Shown here: piece after piece, positions 28,061 through 37,121 of the stretch | How the letters are laid out: each line of letters begins with the position of its first letter | Numbering within the stretch: the first letter of the stretch is position 1 | NCBI GenBank assembly: GCA_046758445.1 | Contig: JBHIAE010000003.1 | Span: forward strand, 55,379 to 119,378 | DNA from: Candidatus Thorarchaeota archaeon | Lineage (GTDB): Archaea; Asgardarchaeota; Thorarchaeia; Thorarchaeales; Thorarchaeaceae | Reading direction: 5' to 3' | DNA: 64,000 nt | Program-made: the position numbers and the translations under genes | The notes under the pieces: generated by a model | The model's input: only the letters and a program-made list of their open reading frames with translations | What the model was told of the DNA's origin: nothing | Databases searched by the model: none

Positions 28061-28432
28061 ATGATGTTTGAGAAACAGGCTGGCCGCCACAAGATCTTCA
28101 TCCATACTGAAACCATAGGCAATGACTTGCTTGTCGCAATCTATGGGGGTGATGAACACCACATTGGTGGAGTCTCTGTTGCCTACCCCACAAAGAGTCA
28201 CTATAGAAACGCGACAACTATAAGCGTCAACAGTCTCACGCTTCCAGGTCACAAAGACTATGTGGTTGCAAACTCCACTGCCGAGAAGGTATGCAAGTCC
28301 TTAGAGAAGCCAGTGGTTGTCACTGTAGGAATACACTATGACGCAGCTACTTCTGAGGAGATAGAGCAGGTAATTCAGATAGTAGACGAGTTGACCGAAG
28401 AGGTCATTTCGCAGTATCAAAACGCTGAATAA
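28061..28432 (+). CDS. LpdD-like / proteasome-assembly-chaperone-like (PAC3/4 fold) protein
   Basis: GNDLLVAIYGG..HIGGVSVA, LPGHKD..VA, VVVTVGIHYDAATSEEI. Confidence 0.65.
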   Translation: MMFEKQAGRHKIFIHTETIGNDLLVAIYGGDEHHIGGVSVAYPTKSHYRNATTISVNSLTLPGHKDYVVANSTAEKVCKSLEKPVVVTVGIHYDAATSEEIEQVIQIVDELTEEVISQYQNAE

Positions 28433-28464
28433 CTCAACTGAGTAGGCCCCTCAGGGTCCTTTAT

Positions 28465-28746
28465 GTGCGCGTGAGTCTCAAGTCCTTCGGCCCCATCCGC
28501 CGGGCTCTCAATAGTCAGGTAGTCGACATAGACGTTCCTGACAACTCCACTGTCAGGCAGGTCATCGATAGGATTGTCGAGATCGGAGGAGATGAAGTCA
28601 GGCGTCTGGTATTGGACGGCAATCGCATAAGCGGCAATCTGATAGTGATGTTGAACAAGAGGGATGTGGCGACACTCGAAGGAGAAGACACACCAGTGCG
28701 TGAGAATGACGAGGTAGTTGTTCTACCACATGTCCAAGGGGGATAG
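28465..28746 (+). CDS. MoaD/ThiS/SAMP ubiquitin-like protein
   Basis: Beta-grasp pattern, IVMLN.RD, C-terminal LPHVQGG di-glycine. Confidence 0.92.
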   Translation: MRVSLKSFGPIRRALNSQVVDIDVPDNSTVRQVIDRIVEIGGDEVRRLVLDGNRISGNLIVMLNKRDVATLEGEDTPVRENDEVVVLPHVQGG

Positions 28747-28754
28747 ATAAGAGA

Positions 28755-30050
28755 TTGGAGCATGGTCGCTTCTACCTTGAAACATACGGTTGTTCCCTGA
28801 ACAAGTCTGATTCTGATATCATTGTGGGACATCTCAGTACTCTGGGAGCAGAACGAGTTGACAAGATTGAGAATGCCAATCTCGTCATACTGAACTCCTG
28901 TGGAGTCAAGGAACCCACCGAGGACCGTATCATACACAGACTTGAGAAGCTATCTCGGCAGTCAGCACCAGTAGTGATTGCTGGATGTCTTCCACGCATC
29001 TCCATCAATCGAGTCAAGAGTGCAATACCGGACTTTGCAGCACTTCTTGGTCCTCAATCGATTGAGTCAATGGGTCCAATAGTAGAACAAGTGTTGCGTG
29101 GTGAACGCGGAATCATTCACTTAGAATCTGACTTGGGCTCAAAACTTAGCTTCTTCGAGGGCCCACCGAGCAGCGTAATCTGTACGGTTCCGGTTTGTGA
29201 AGGCTGCCTAGGCAGCTGTGCCTATTGTGCAGTCCGTTTTGCTAGAGGGGATGTGCGGAGCCATAGCATTTCTGAGATAAGTCGTGTCGTAGATAGATGC
29301 GTTCACCTTGGCTATCGAGAGATAAGATTGACCTCGCAAGATGCCGGTGTCTTTGGGCATGACACGGGAGAAACACTGCCTGACCTATTGACTACACTTG
29401 ATCTCATTGAAGGCCTTCACATGTTCCGACTTGGAATGTTCAACCCCAATCTGGTAATCGATTCAATAGAAGACCTAACTGAAATCATGGCGTCCAATCA
29501 TTACTTCAAGTTCTTCCACATTCCTCTACAATCCGGAAGCGATCATGTTCTGGATAGAATGGAGCGACAGTATACTGTCAAGGAATGGACCGCAATTGTC
29601 AATAAGGTGACCAGGAGGCTCCCAAAGGCAACAATAGCTACTGATATCATTGTGGGATTCCCCGGTGAAACAGAAGTGGACTTTGAGTCCACCATTGCTC
29701 TTCTGGAGAGAGTGAAACCGAGCGTAGTCAACATCTCGAAATACGGGGACCGACCCGGAACCCGAGCATCGAGGTCCAATGAAAAGGTCGACACCTCTGT
29801 CAAGAAAGAACGAAGTCGGAAACTATCAGGCCTTGTGTCAGAAATGACAACACAGCATAATGAGTCATGGATTGGATGGTCCGGCCCGGTACTTGTGACA
29901 GAGCCCGGTTCAAAGGGCGGAGTTGTGTGCAGAAACTTCGCCTACAAACCGGTTGTTGTTCTTGAGGACTTGGAATACGGGACCTACGTGAATGTGGAGG
30001 TGACTTCTGCCCAGAGGACCCACTTGATTGCTCAGACATGTCCCGACTGA
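28755..30050 (+). CDS. tRNA t6A37 methylthiotransferase (e-MtaB/MiaB-like radical SAM)
   Basis: ETYGCSLN, NSCGVK, AGC, CLGSCAYC, HIPLQSGS, TDIIVGFPGETE, C-terminal TRAM. Confidence 0.92.
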   Translation: MEHGRFYLETYGCSLNKSDSDIIVGHLSTLGAERVDKIENANLVILNSCGVKEPTEDRIIHRLEKLSRQSAPVVIAGCLPRISINRVKSAIPDFAALLGPQSIESMGPIVEQVLRGERGIIHLESDLGSKLSFFEGPPSSVICTVPVCEGCLGSCAYCAVRFARGDVRSHSISEISRVVDRCVHLGYREIRLTSQDAGVFGHDTGETLPDLLTTLDLIEGLHMFRLGMFNPNLVIDSIEDLTEIMASNHYFKFFHIPLQSGSDHVLDRMERQYTVKEWTAIVNKVTRRLPKATIATDIIVGFPGETEVDFESTIALLERVKPSVVNISKYGDRPGTRASRSNEKVDTSVKKERSRKLSGLVSEMTTQHNESWIGWSGPVLVTEPGSKGGVVCRNFAYKPVVVLEDLEYGTYVNVEVTSAQRTHLIAQTCPD

Positions 30051-31066
30051 ATCATGATATCGATTACCTTGCCTGACAGAGCACTCTTCCTTGAAGCCTC
30101 TACAATCTCAAGAGCTGCTATACCATCATCAAGGCCCACTTTGGGGGTATCTCCAGTTTCAATACAATGAAGGAAGTCGCTGACCACTTGCTGTAGGGGC
30201 TCTCCATAGACCTTGATAGTAGCACCTCGTTCTGGCAGGCTCAGAGTCCTACCATCGGCTGAAGGCGCTTGATCCAAGTCTTGAATCTTGATTATCTGGC
30301 CGAACAAATCGAGTGTCAAAGTGCCCTTTGTTCCTGATACATCCATGCTCCGCTTCCTACCGACATATTGTCTTGATAGATGGAAAAAGTGTTCAACTCC
30401 GCTTTCAAACCTGACCATCACAGTCCCAGCGTTCATTACCTCGTTCTTCATGCTGCACTGAGCGTACAGTTTGGCAGGCCCATGGCTTATCCGTCTCATG
30501 ATGTCGAAATCGTGAACGCCTATGTCTTCGAAGACATCACCTAGAGATTCTATCCTCGTTGGTGACACGAATCCCCGCCTGTCATGAATTACACTCTGAG
30601 GTGTGCCGACTGCACCGTTTCGAATGAGCTTCAGTGTTCGTTCCACTACCGGATTGTAGATCTCAGAGTGACCTACAAGTGCCACTATACACTTCTCTCT
30701 AAGAAGCTTAGCCACCCTCTGTGCGTCTTTTGCAGTTCTTGCCATGGGTTTCTCGATGAGCATCCCTCGGATTCCCGTGTTGTCACTGGCGATCCTCTCC
30801 ACAATGCTTGCGTGGGTTTCCGTGGGTGTAGATACCACCACTCCGTCCAGACTCGCTTGGTCAATCATTGATTGATAATCATCATATGCCTCTACCTCAT
30901 ACAGCCGCGCTACTTCTTCTGCCTTCTCGAAGTCTGTATCTGCAACTCCTGCAAGTGTATGCATGCCACTCAGGACTCGGGCATGGATTCTTCCCATGTT
31001 TCCTGTGCCGATGATTCCTATCCTTAGCGTTGTCGTGGCAATCCACTCCTCAGGCAAGCGTCTCAT
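30032..31066 (-). CDS. Gfo/Idh/MocA family oxidoreductase
   Basis: GIIGTGNMG, STPTETH, IEKP, DIGVHDFD. Confidence 0.9.
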   Translation of the reverse strand: MRRLPEEWIATTTLRIGIIGTGNMGRIHARVLSGMHTLAGVADTDFEKAEEVARLYEVEAYDDYQSMIDQASLDGVVVSTPTETHASIVERIASDNTGIRGMLIEKPMARTAKDAQRVAKLLREKCIVALVGHSEIYNPVVERTLKLIRNGAVGTPQSVIHDRRGFVSPTRIESLGDVFEDIGVHDFDIMRRISHGPAKLYAQCSMKNEVMNAGTVMVRFESGVEHFFHLSRQYVGRKRSMDVSGTKGTLTLDLFGQIIKIQDLDQAPSADGRTLSLPERGATIKVYGEPLQQVVSDFLHCIETGDTPKVGLDDGIAALEIVEASRKSALSGKVIDIMIQSGHV

Positions 31067-31468
31067 TAGAAACCCGCTTTATAGATTATTCTTCGTCGCT
31101 CGTGAAGGGATCACCAATGATACATTCCGGATTTGACATGATTTTCGCATTTGGCACAAGTCGCTCTGACCCTGCACTGCACTAGGGCCTTATATTCCGA
31201 AGACAACACTCATTTTCAGAATACAGTCTGCATGAAACTTCGAGGTTTCCTCATGGCACTGGTCTTAGGTCTACGTCCCTGTCACCCTCTCTGCTCCCAC
31301 TAGAGGAGAAAGACCCACCACACCAACTAGTGCCTGCTAATTGTGAAACTTCATTCCCCTGTAGACACCTCCCAAGAAGGACCCACCCTTGAAGCCTCGG
31401 CTCTTCTTTCCCGTGGTACGGGTGGGTCCTGTAAATACGAGAAATGTCACATAACATCAGAGGTGATC

Positions 31469-32356
31469 TCACTTGTTACTCTCGTCGGACCGTCCGATAG
31501 CCTTTGGGTAAGAGCCCAAGACCTTGACAAAGACTGACTTAGCTCTCAGGCCCTCAAGTGCCTCTGAACATCTCTTCTCGTTTTGGTGCCCTTCAAAGTC
31601 CAAGTAGAAGTTATACTCCCATGGATGCTGTCGGGTGGGCCTGGATTCAATCTTGGTCAAGTTTATTCCTCTGGTGGCCAATTCTCCCAACGACTCATAG
31701 AGTGCACCAGGAACATGCTTGGTTGAGAAGATCACTGATGTCTTATCGTTCTCAGTAGGAGTCGGCTTTACCTTGGACAGCACAAAGAAGCGAGTGTAGT
31801 TGTTCCGGTTGTCTGCGATATCCTCAGCCAGTATCTTCATTCCATAGATCTCAGCAGCTCTCTCGCTTGCGACTGCAGCAGCATCTCTCAGTTGCTCCTC
31901 CTTAATCATCTTCACACTTCCAGCAGTATCATAGGTAGACACTAAGTCGAAACCCTGACGTTCTAGGAAGTCCCGACACTGTCCAAGCGCCTGAGGATGT
32001 GAGTAGACCACTCTTACTCCTTCAATCGTTGTACCGGGGTCCGCTATGAGGCAGTGAGAGATTCTCAGAACTATCTCGCCACACACATTCAGATCATACA
32101 GTAGAAACAAATCGTATACCTGACTGACGCTACCTTCAATCGAGTTCTCTATGGGAACTATACCATACTCAGTGGCATCGGAACTCACTTCTCTGAAGAC
32201 GTCGGAAAACCGTTTGCAGGGTCTAGGTTGAGCACTCGGTCCGAAGAAACTGTAGACTGCACTCTCACTATATGCACCTGGTTCGCCCTGAAACGCAACT
32301 TCTGTGCTTCTTCCTGATTCCGTCATTTCACAATCCTTGGACTGCTGACTTGACAT
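31469..32356 (-). CDS. pheA: Prephenate dehydratase
   Basis: VAFQGEPGAYSE, PIENSIEGSV, SHPQALGQC, NYTRF, ACT domain NLTKIESRP. Confidence 0.96.
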   Translation of the reverse strand: MSSQQSKDCEMTESGRSTEVAFQGEPGAYSESAVYSFFGPSAQPRPCKRFSDVFREVSSDATEYGIVPIENSIEGSVSQVYDLFLLYDLNVCGEIVLRISHCLIADPGTTIEGVRVVYSHPQALGQCRDFLERQGFDLVSTYDTAGSVKMIKEEQLRDAAAVASERAAEIYGMKILAEDIADNRNNYTRFFVLSKVKPTPTENDKTSVIFSTKHVPGALYESLGELATRGINLTKIESRPTRQHPWEYNFYLDFEGHQNEKRCSEALEGLRAKSVFVKVLGSYPKAIGRSDESNK

Positions 32357-32509
32357 GCTTATAACACTACGGCTGTCCGTCGGCCGAATTGGGAGGTCTT
32401 ATCAATTTGGCCCCGAGTCCGGAAGAACCTATTTCCAAGGGAGGTGAAAGACACTCGCGGATACTGAGATTCAGACATGAGTCACTTCACAAGATGCTCG
32501 TGAGAGGAC

Positions 32510-32830
32510 TCAATTCTCACGTGGTGTAACTCGAATACTCACTACCTCTTTTTCTCTGTAGATATCCGACCACTGTTCAGATGTCAACATCTCTCTAAGC
32601 TTGTCTTTGGCACCCTTTCTCATACGCTCACTCGTGTACACTATCTTGTCCACTTTGACTGGCACACTTGGATCATCATATTCCTCTCTGTCGTACTTAC
32701 GCATGGTAGCTTCGAGGTAATCATGAAGTGTTTCCAGCTGGTCTTCGATGGCATTCTTCTGTTGAAGCAAATTGTAGTACTCTTCACAGATCTCACGCAT
32801 CTCTTCCTCGAATCTCTCTTGCAGACTCAT
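32510..32830 (-). CDS. Hypothetical protein (N-terminal coiled coil)
   Basis: 106-aa ORF with ATG and plausible composition, immediately 3' of tRNA-Leu. Confidence 0.6.
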   Translation of the reverse strand: MSLQERFEEEMREICEEYYNLLQQKNAIEDQLETLHDYLEATMRKYDREEYDDPSVPVKVDKIVYTSERMRKGAKDKLREMLTSEQWSDIYREKEVVSIRVTPREN

Positions 32831-32896
32831 TGCATAGGCCTCTTTCTCTGTGAATACTGTCTTCTGTCAGAATGCTCATCCATCTGAAAAACAAGT

Positions 32897-32984
32897 TGGT
32901 GCGGAGGGCGAGATTTGAACTCGCGAACTCCTACGAGACTAGGCCCTCAACCTAGCGCCTTTGGCCAGGCTTGGCAACCTCCGC
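32897..32984 (-). tRNA. tRNA-Leu(GAG), long variable arm, CCA encoded
   Basis: GCGGAGG/CCTCCGC acceptor; CTAGG-TT-GAG-GG-CCTAG anticodon arm. Confidence 0.95.
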
Positions 32985-33052
32985 GTGAGTAAGTGGTCAA
33001 TCGAATCGTGGTTGCTGTTGTGAACCTCTTAAAGCTGTCGGACATACAATGG

Positions 33053-33397
33053 CTACTCTGCTTCATATCTGTCCGATTCTGCAAAGAAGTCCATTGCAAG
33101 CACGAACGAGTTGGGCACTGCGTGATGAACTACGCCTTCGGGAATCGTGTACGTGTCGCCCTTCCTGTAGACTCGAGTTTCGTCGCCTATTGTGAGAGTC
33201 AATTCGCCTTCTATCACCACTCCGAACTGGGCCGCGTGGCTGTGAGGAGGCACTCTTGCCGTAGACTCAATCTCAAAGAAAGCAATCTGGAAGGTCGTTC
33301 CTTGCGCCAGCCACCCCTCGACCCCCTTCATAGAGTGCTTGACTTTCGGGAGGCCTTTGATGAAATCAGGATATGTTGCTCTAGTCATGTTGGTCAC
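33053..33397 (-). CDS. Cupin domain protein
   Basis: VPPHSH..QFGVVIEGEL, GDTYTIPEGVVH. Confidence 0.88.
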   Translation of the reverse strand: MTNMTRATYPDFIKGLPKVKHSMKGVEGWLAQGTTFQIAFFEIESTARVPPHSHAAQFGVVIEGELTLTIGDETRVYRKGDTYTIPEGVVHHAVPNSFVLAMDFFAESDRYEAE

Positions 33398-33612
33398 AGC
33401 TTTCGGAGTAGTAGCCCCCTCCTATAATACTTGAGTCCAGAATACGAAACTGTCCTGTTGATAGAATAATGGAAACGTCCGGATGAGACGAGGGTATGCG
33501 CATGGACCAAGGTCTTCTACCTCTAGCTCATCCTCTCAGAATGATTGCTAAAGGTAGAGGCACAAGAAGAGATGAACTCGAGAGAGCTCATCTCCCCTAA
33601 CCCTTTTAGATT

Positions 33613-34983
33613 CTACAAAGAAAGGCTCTCAATCGTCCTCTCTGAATTCACAACTTCCTCCATTTGCATAATCGTGGGGATGAAGCGTCCTACCAGCCCA
33701 ATCAGGATTATTCCGACTCCGCTGATCAGAAACCAGGTAGATGCGCCTAGGGCGTCTGCCACCGGACCAGCCAGAGCAAGGCCAATGGGTGCCATCAGTG
33801 GTGATAGACTGACTATGACTGAGAAGACACGCCCCTGCATATCCGGCGGTACTACTGCCTGCAGTATGGCCATTAGCGACCCGGAGGCCATCGGAATCAT
33901 GATTCCTGCAAGAAGCAGTCCACCAACAGCCATTGAGAAGAAGCTGCTTGGAGTCAAACCAACAACGAGAATCGCCACACCTGCGATAACCACAGCCCAG
34001 ACTACCGTGACCATGCGACGCTTGAAGCCACCCCACATGCTCAAAGTTACACCGCCCAATATCATGCCGACTCCCATGGCTGACTGAAGCCAGGCTAGCT
34101 CAAATGGCCCGCCGCTGAAATGAATCAGGGCCAAAATGGGTATCAACGTAGTAGCAGGAATCAGAATCATGTTAATGATCATAAGGGCGAATAGGGTGAA
34201 CTGGCCACCTTTCCACCCCAGCAAGAAGCCAACCCCTTGTTTAATGTCAGTCTGCAGACTAGAAGAGCTCTCTTCTACCGAGAGTTCTTTCATTGGTTGA
34301 GGAATCCTAATCAATAACAAAGGCACTATTGCCATAGCTGCAGTTCCAACATCTATCATCAATATAGTCTGAATTGGTAGAATCACAAGCAACAGAGCGC
34401 CGAGGGGAGGGGCAGCGATCTGAGCCAGACCAGAGAGAGTCTGATACAGACCATTGGCTCTGGAAAGATGTTCGTCTGGCACCATCAGTGAAACTGAAGC
34501 TTGCAGTGCAGGCCACTGAAACACTCCGATGGCAGAACGAATCGCCATTACTATGTAGACATGTACTATCTGAGCAGACCCCATTGCAAAGAGAACAGCC
34601 AATAGAATGACCATGAAGGCTGCAACCCCATCTGAAAGGATCATCACCTTACGTCGATTCCAACGGTCGACTAGGACTCCAGCAACAGGGCTGGCTATGA
34701 TCTGAGGTAGGAGAGCAATAATTGTACCGATTGCAAGCACAGTGGCGCTGCCTGTGGTCAAGGTCAGCCACCAGACGAGTGCAAACTGCACAAGTGCACT
34801 ACCCACAAGGGAGAATGCCTGCCCTCCAAGTATCTTCATGAAGTCCTTCATCAGATGCTTCTTCTCAGCATCGGGCTGTTGAGATGTTGACAGCACACCT
34901 GCAGCTAGGTCGACTGACTCGCCAGCAGCATACGTGATCTCGTGAGCCTGAAGTTCCTGTTCGAGTTCTGTTTCAAGTATCAT
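33613..34983 (-). CDS. MFS transporter (DHA3/MefA-like efflux family)
   Basis: GQAFSLVGSALVQFAL, GVLVDRWNRRKVM, QGRVFS; 12 TM. Confidence 0.9.
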   Translation of the reverse strand: MILETELEQELQAHEITYAAGESVDLAAGVLSTSQQPDAEKKHLMKDFMKILGGQAFSLVGSALVQFALVWWLTLTTGSATVLAIGTIIALLPQIIASPVAGVLVDRWNRRKVMILSDGVAAFMVILLAVLFAMGSAQIVHVYIVMAIRSAIGVFQWPALQASVSLMVPDEHLSRANGLYQTLSGLAQIAAPPLGALLLVILPIQTILMIDVGTAAMAIVPLLLIRIPQPMKELSVEESSSSLQTDIKQGVGFLLGWKGGQFTLFALMIINMILIPATTLIPILALIHFSGGPFELAWLQSAMGVGMILGGVTLSMWGGFKRRMVTVVWAVVIAGVAILVVGLTPSSFFSMAVGGLLLAGIMIPMASGSLMAILQAVVPPDMQGRVFSVIVSLSPLMAPIGLALAGPVADALGASTWFLISGVGIILIGLVGRFIPTIMQMEEVVNSERTIESLSL

Positions 34984-35011
34984 TTCCGTAACAGTCCTTA
35001 CATAGTGATAT

Positions 35012-35029
35012 AAACCGACCAGTCGGTTT
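35012..35029. promoter_or_regulatory. TetR operator copy 1 (perfect palindrome)
   Basis: AAACCGAC-CA-GTCGGTTT between divergent MFS and TetR genes. Confidence 0.8.
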
Positions 35030-35042
35030 TGAATTACTTATG

Positions 35043-35060
35043 AAACTAACCAGTCGGTTT
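35043..35060. promoter_or_regulatory. TetR operator copy 2
   Basis: AAACTAAC-CA-GTCGGTTT, adjacent to an AT-rich TATA-like run. Confidence 0.75.
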
Positions 35061-35189
35061 TATTAATAAGTCTTTCCCCTGACGTAGGACATCAAAACCA
35101 TTGAAGGCAGCACACTTCGAAGTCAGTGATCTTGACTACACCGATGTTCCAGGATTCCCTGTAGGCTCACAAATCGAAACACTTATTGG

Positions 35190-35207
35190 AAACTAACCAG
35201 TCGGTTT
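35190..35207. promoter_or_regulatory. TetR operator copy 3 (autoregulatory)
   Basis: AAACTAAC-CA-GTCGGTTT just upstream of the tetR start and downstream of CTTATT. Confidence 0.75.
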
Positions 35208-35229
35208 CATTAGAAGGACCTAGAGAGAT

Positions 35230-35859
35230 GTGTGCGCAAAGTTGACACCGAAAGTAACTGCCGAGAAGAAGAAGCTCATATTGGATACAATAGTGAGTGC
35301 AGCGGAAACTCTCTTTGGAAACAAGGGGTACCATGGAACCTCTATGGATGATATTGTCAAAGAGAGTGGCTATAGCAAGGGCGCAATATACGGTCATTTT
35401 GAGAGTAAGGAACAGCTATTCTTGGCTGTACTTGATAGGCAGACTGGCGCGAGCTTGGAAGCTATGAGGTCCCAGTTCTCTCCTGATGATTCTGCCTGGA
35501 CAAAACTGGAGAAGATCTTGAAGGCTGAGACTGACAACATGTCCAGAATCTCAGACGAGGAATGTCGGCTCTCTTTCGAGATTCAACTACAAATCTCAAG
35601 GCAGAAGTCTTGGAGATCTAAGATGGAAGAACAGTTTGATAGAGCACTTAGGTTTATAGCTGAGATTGTTGAGGAGGGTATACAGACCGGGGAGTTCGAG
35701 CAAGACATAGATCCCGAGAGCGTGGCAGCCATACTAGTAGGAGCTTCAAACGGGCTGTCACTCTACAGACTCGTTACCAGTAAGCCGTTCGACTGGAAGA
35801 AGATCAATGACACTCTATGTGCCATCCTACATAGAGGAGTAGTCGCTACCAGCAAGTGA
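35230..35859 (+). CDS. TetR/AcrR family transcriptional regulator
   Basis: AAETLF..KGYHGTSMDDIVKESGYSKGAIYGHFESKEQLF. Confidence 0.95.
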   Translation: MCAKLTPKVTAEKKKLILDTIVSAAETLFGNKGYHGTSMDDIVKESGYSKGAIYGHFESKEQLFLAVLDRQTGASLEAMRSQFSPDDSAWTKLEKILKAETDNMSRISDEECRLSFEIQLQISRQKSWRSKMEEQFDRALRFIAEIVEEGIQTGEFEQDIDPESVAAILVGASNGLSLYRLVTSKPFDWKKINDTLCAILHRGVVATSK

Positions 35860-35944
35860 AGGGACTACAAGCTAGCTTTGCATTGCCTGCAAGTTTTCGC
35901 TTGACTCTCTAGCTACTTTCAACTAGCCTAACGCAAGGAAGAAA

Positions 35945-36048
35945 TGGAGCCCCGGGCGGGATTTTCGGCATCGCAAGAATGTTTCAGCTTTCGAACCCGC
36001 GATCTATTGCTTACGAGGCAATCGCCGTAGCCGCTTGGCCACCGGGGC
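35945..36048 (-). tRNA. tRNA-Thr(CGU) with 28-nt non-canonical intron in the T-loop (35962-35989)
   Basis: GCCCCGG/CCGGGGC acceptor + TCCA; ATTGC-CT-CGT-AA-GCAAT; removing the intron at a BHB restores GGTTCGAATCC. Confidence 0.9.
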
Positions 36049-36128
36049 ATGTTTCACGCGGAGTCCGCTCGTGAGCGTTAATAAAAGTTTATCATGAACA
36101 GAAATCGACTTGCACCGGAGGTCTCCGA

Positions 36129-37121
36129 ATGACAATGGGTGAAATGGGAGAACGTCAGTTTCTAAGGAGCATTCGTGATCTTGTTGGTGAGATAGATGGG
36201 GCACGGCTAGGTTTTGACGATGATGCCTCAGACATTCCATTTACTGATGACAAGAGTCTCGTGATCAATGTTGACACCCTTGTCGGGAAGACTGATTGGC
36301 TTCCGGGAATGACAGAGGCGCAGGTGGGACGAAAGACAGCAGTGATGGCATTGAGTGACTTGATTGCTAAGGGGGCATCACCTGTTGCTACGATGTTGTC
36401 TCTCTGTGTTCCGCAGGACTTTGAGGCAGTTGCAGCCCAAGAATTGATGCGTGGCTTCTCTCAATACTGCTTGAAATCCCGCGTCCCTTTCATCGGTGGT
36501 GATGTTGGATCCTCCAATGATGTCATACTTACAGGAGTTGCCATCGGATTAGCTAACCCAGATGGAATCATAGCAAGGGGCGGTGCCAGAAGCGGTGACA
36601 TAGTAGCAGTCACTGGAAAGTTCGGCCTGACTTCTGTGGCCTTTGAGATCCTTCTGAACGGAAGGAAGGCAGAGGACAACCTCAAGAGCAGGGCGCTTGG
36701 TGCTGCATACAAACCTGACATCCACCATGGATTTGTTTCTGCGCTTGTCAAGAAAAGGGCGGTCACCTCATCCATGGACAGTAGCGATGGTCTCGCGATT
36801 ACACTAAACACTATGGCGGCACATAGCAAGCTCTCCTTCCTGATAGAACACTTACCTATCGCTGAAGATGTGACCCACTTTGCCAAAGACATCGATGTCC
36901 AAGAAAGGAAGTTGGTATTGGAAGGCGGAGAGGAGTTCATTCTTGTGCTAACTATCCCGCATGACCGCTGGGACGATGCGCTAGGGGTTGCGCGAAAGAC
37001 ACACACTCCTCTCTGGAGAATAGGACATGCTCGAGAGGGCGAAGGTGTACAATTAGAAACTTCAGAAGGGTATGTTGAGATCCCGCCGAAGGGCTATGAC
37101 AACTTCAGGGAGTGGGAATGA
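36129..37121 (+). CDS. thiL: Thiamine-monophosphate kinase
   Basis: MGE..F, GFDDDA, SDLIAKGA.P, GGD, MDSSDGL, GGEEF.LV. Confidence 0.93.
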   Translation: MTMGEMGERQFLRSIRDLVGEIDGARLGFDDDASDIPFTDDKSLVINVDTLVGKTDWLPGMTEAQVGRKTAVMALSDLIAKGASPVATMLSLCVPQDFEAVAAQELMRGFSQYCLKSRVPFIGGDVGSSNDVILTGVAIGLANPDGIIARGGARSGDIVAVTGKFGLTSVAFEILLNGRKAEDNLKSRALGAAYKPDIHHGFVSALVKKRAVTSSMDSSDGLAITLNTMAAHSKLSFLIEHLPIAEDVTHFAKDIDVQERKLVLEGGEEFILVLTIPHDRWDDALGVARKTHTPLWRIGHAREGEGVQLETSEGYVEIPPKGYDNFREWE

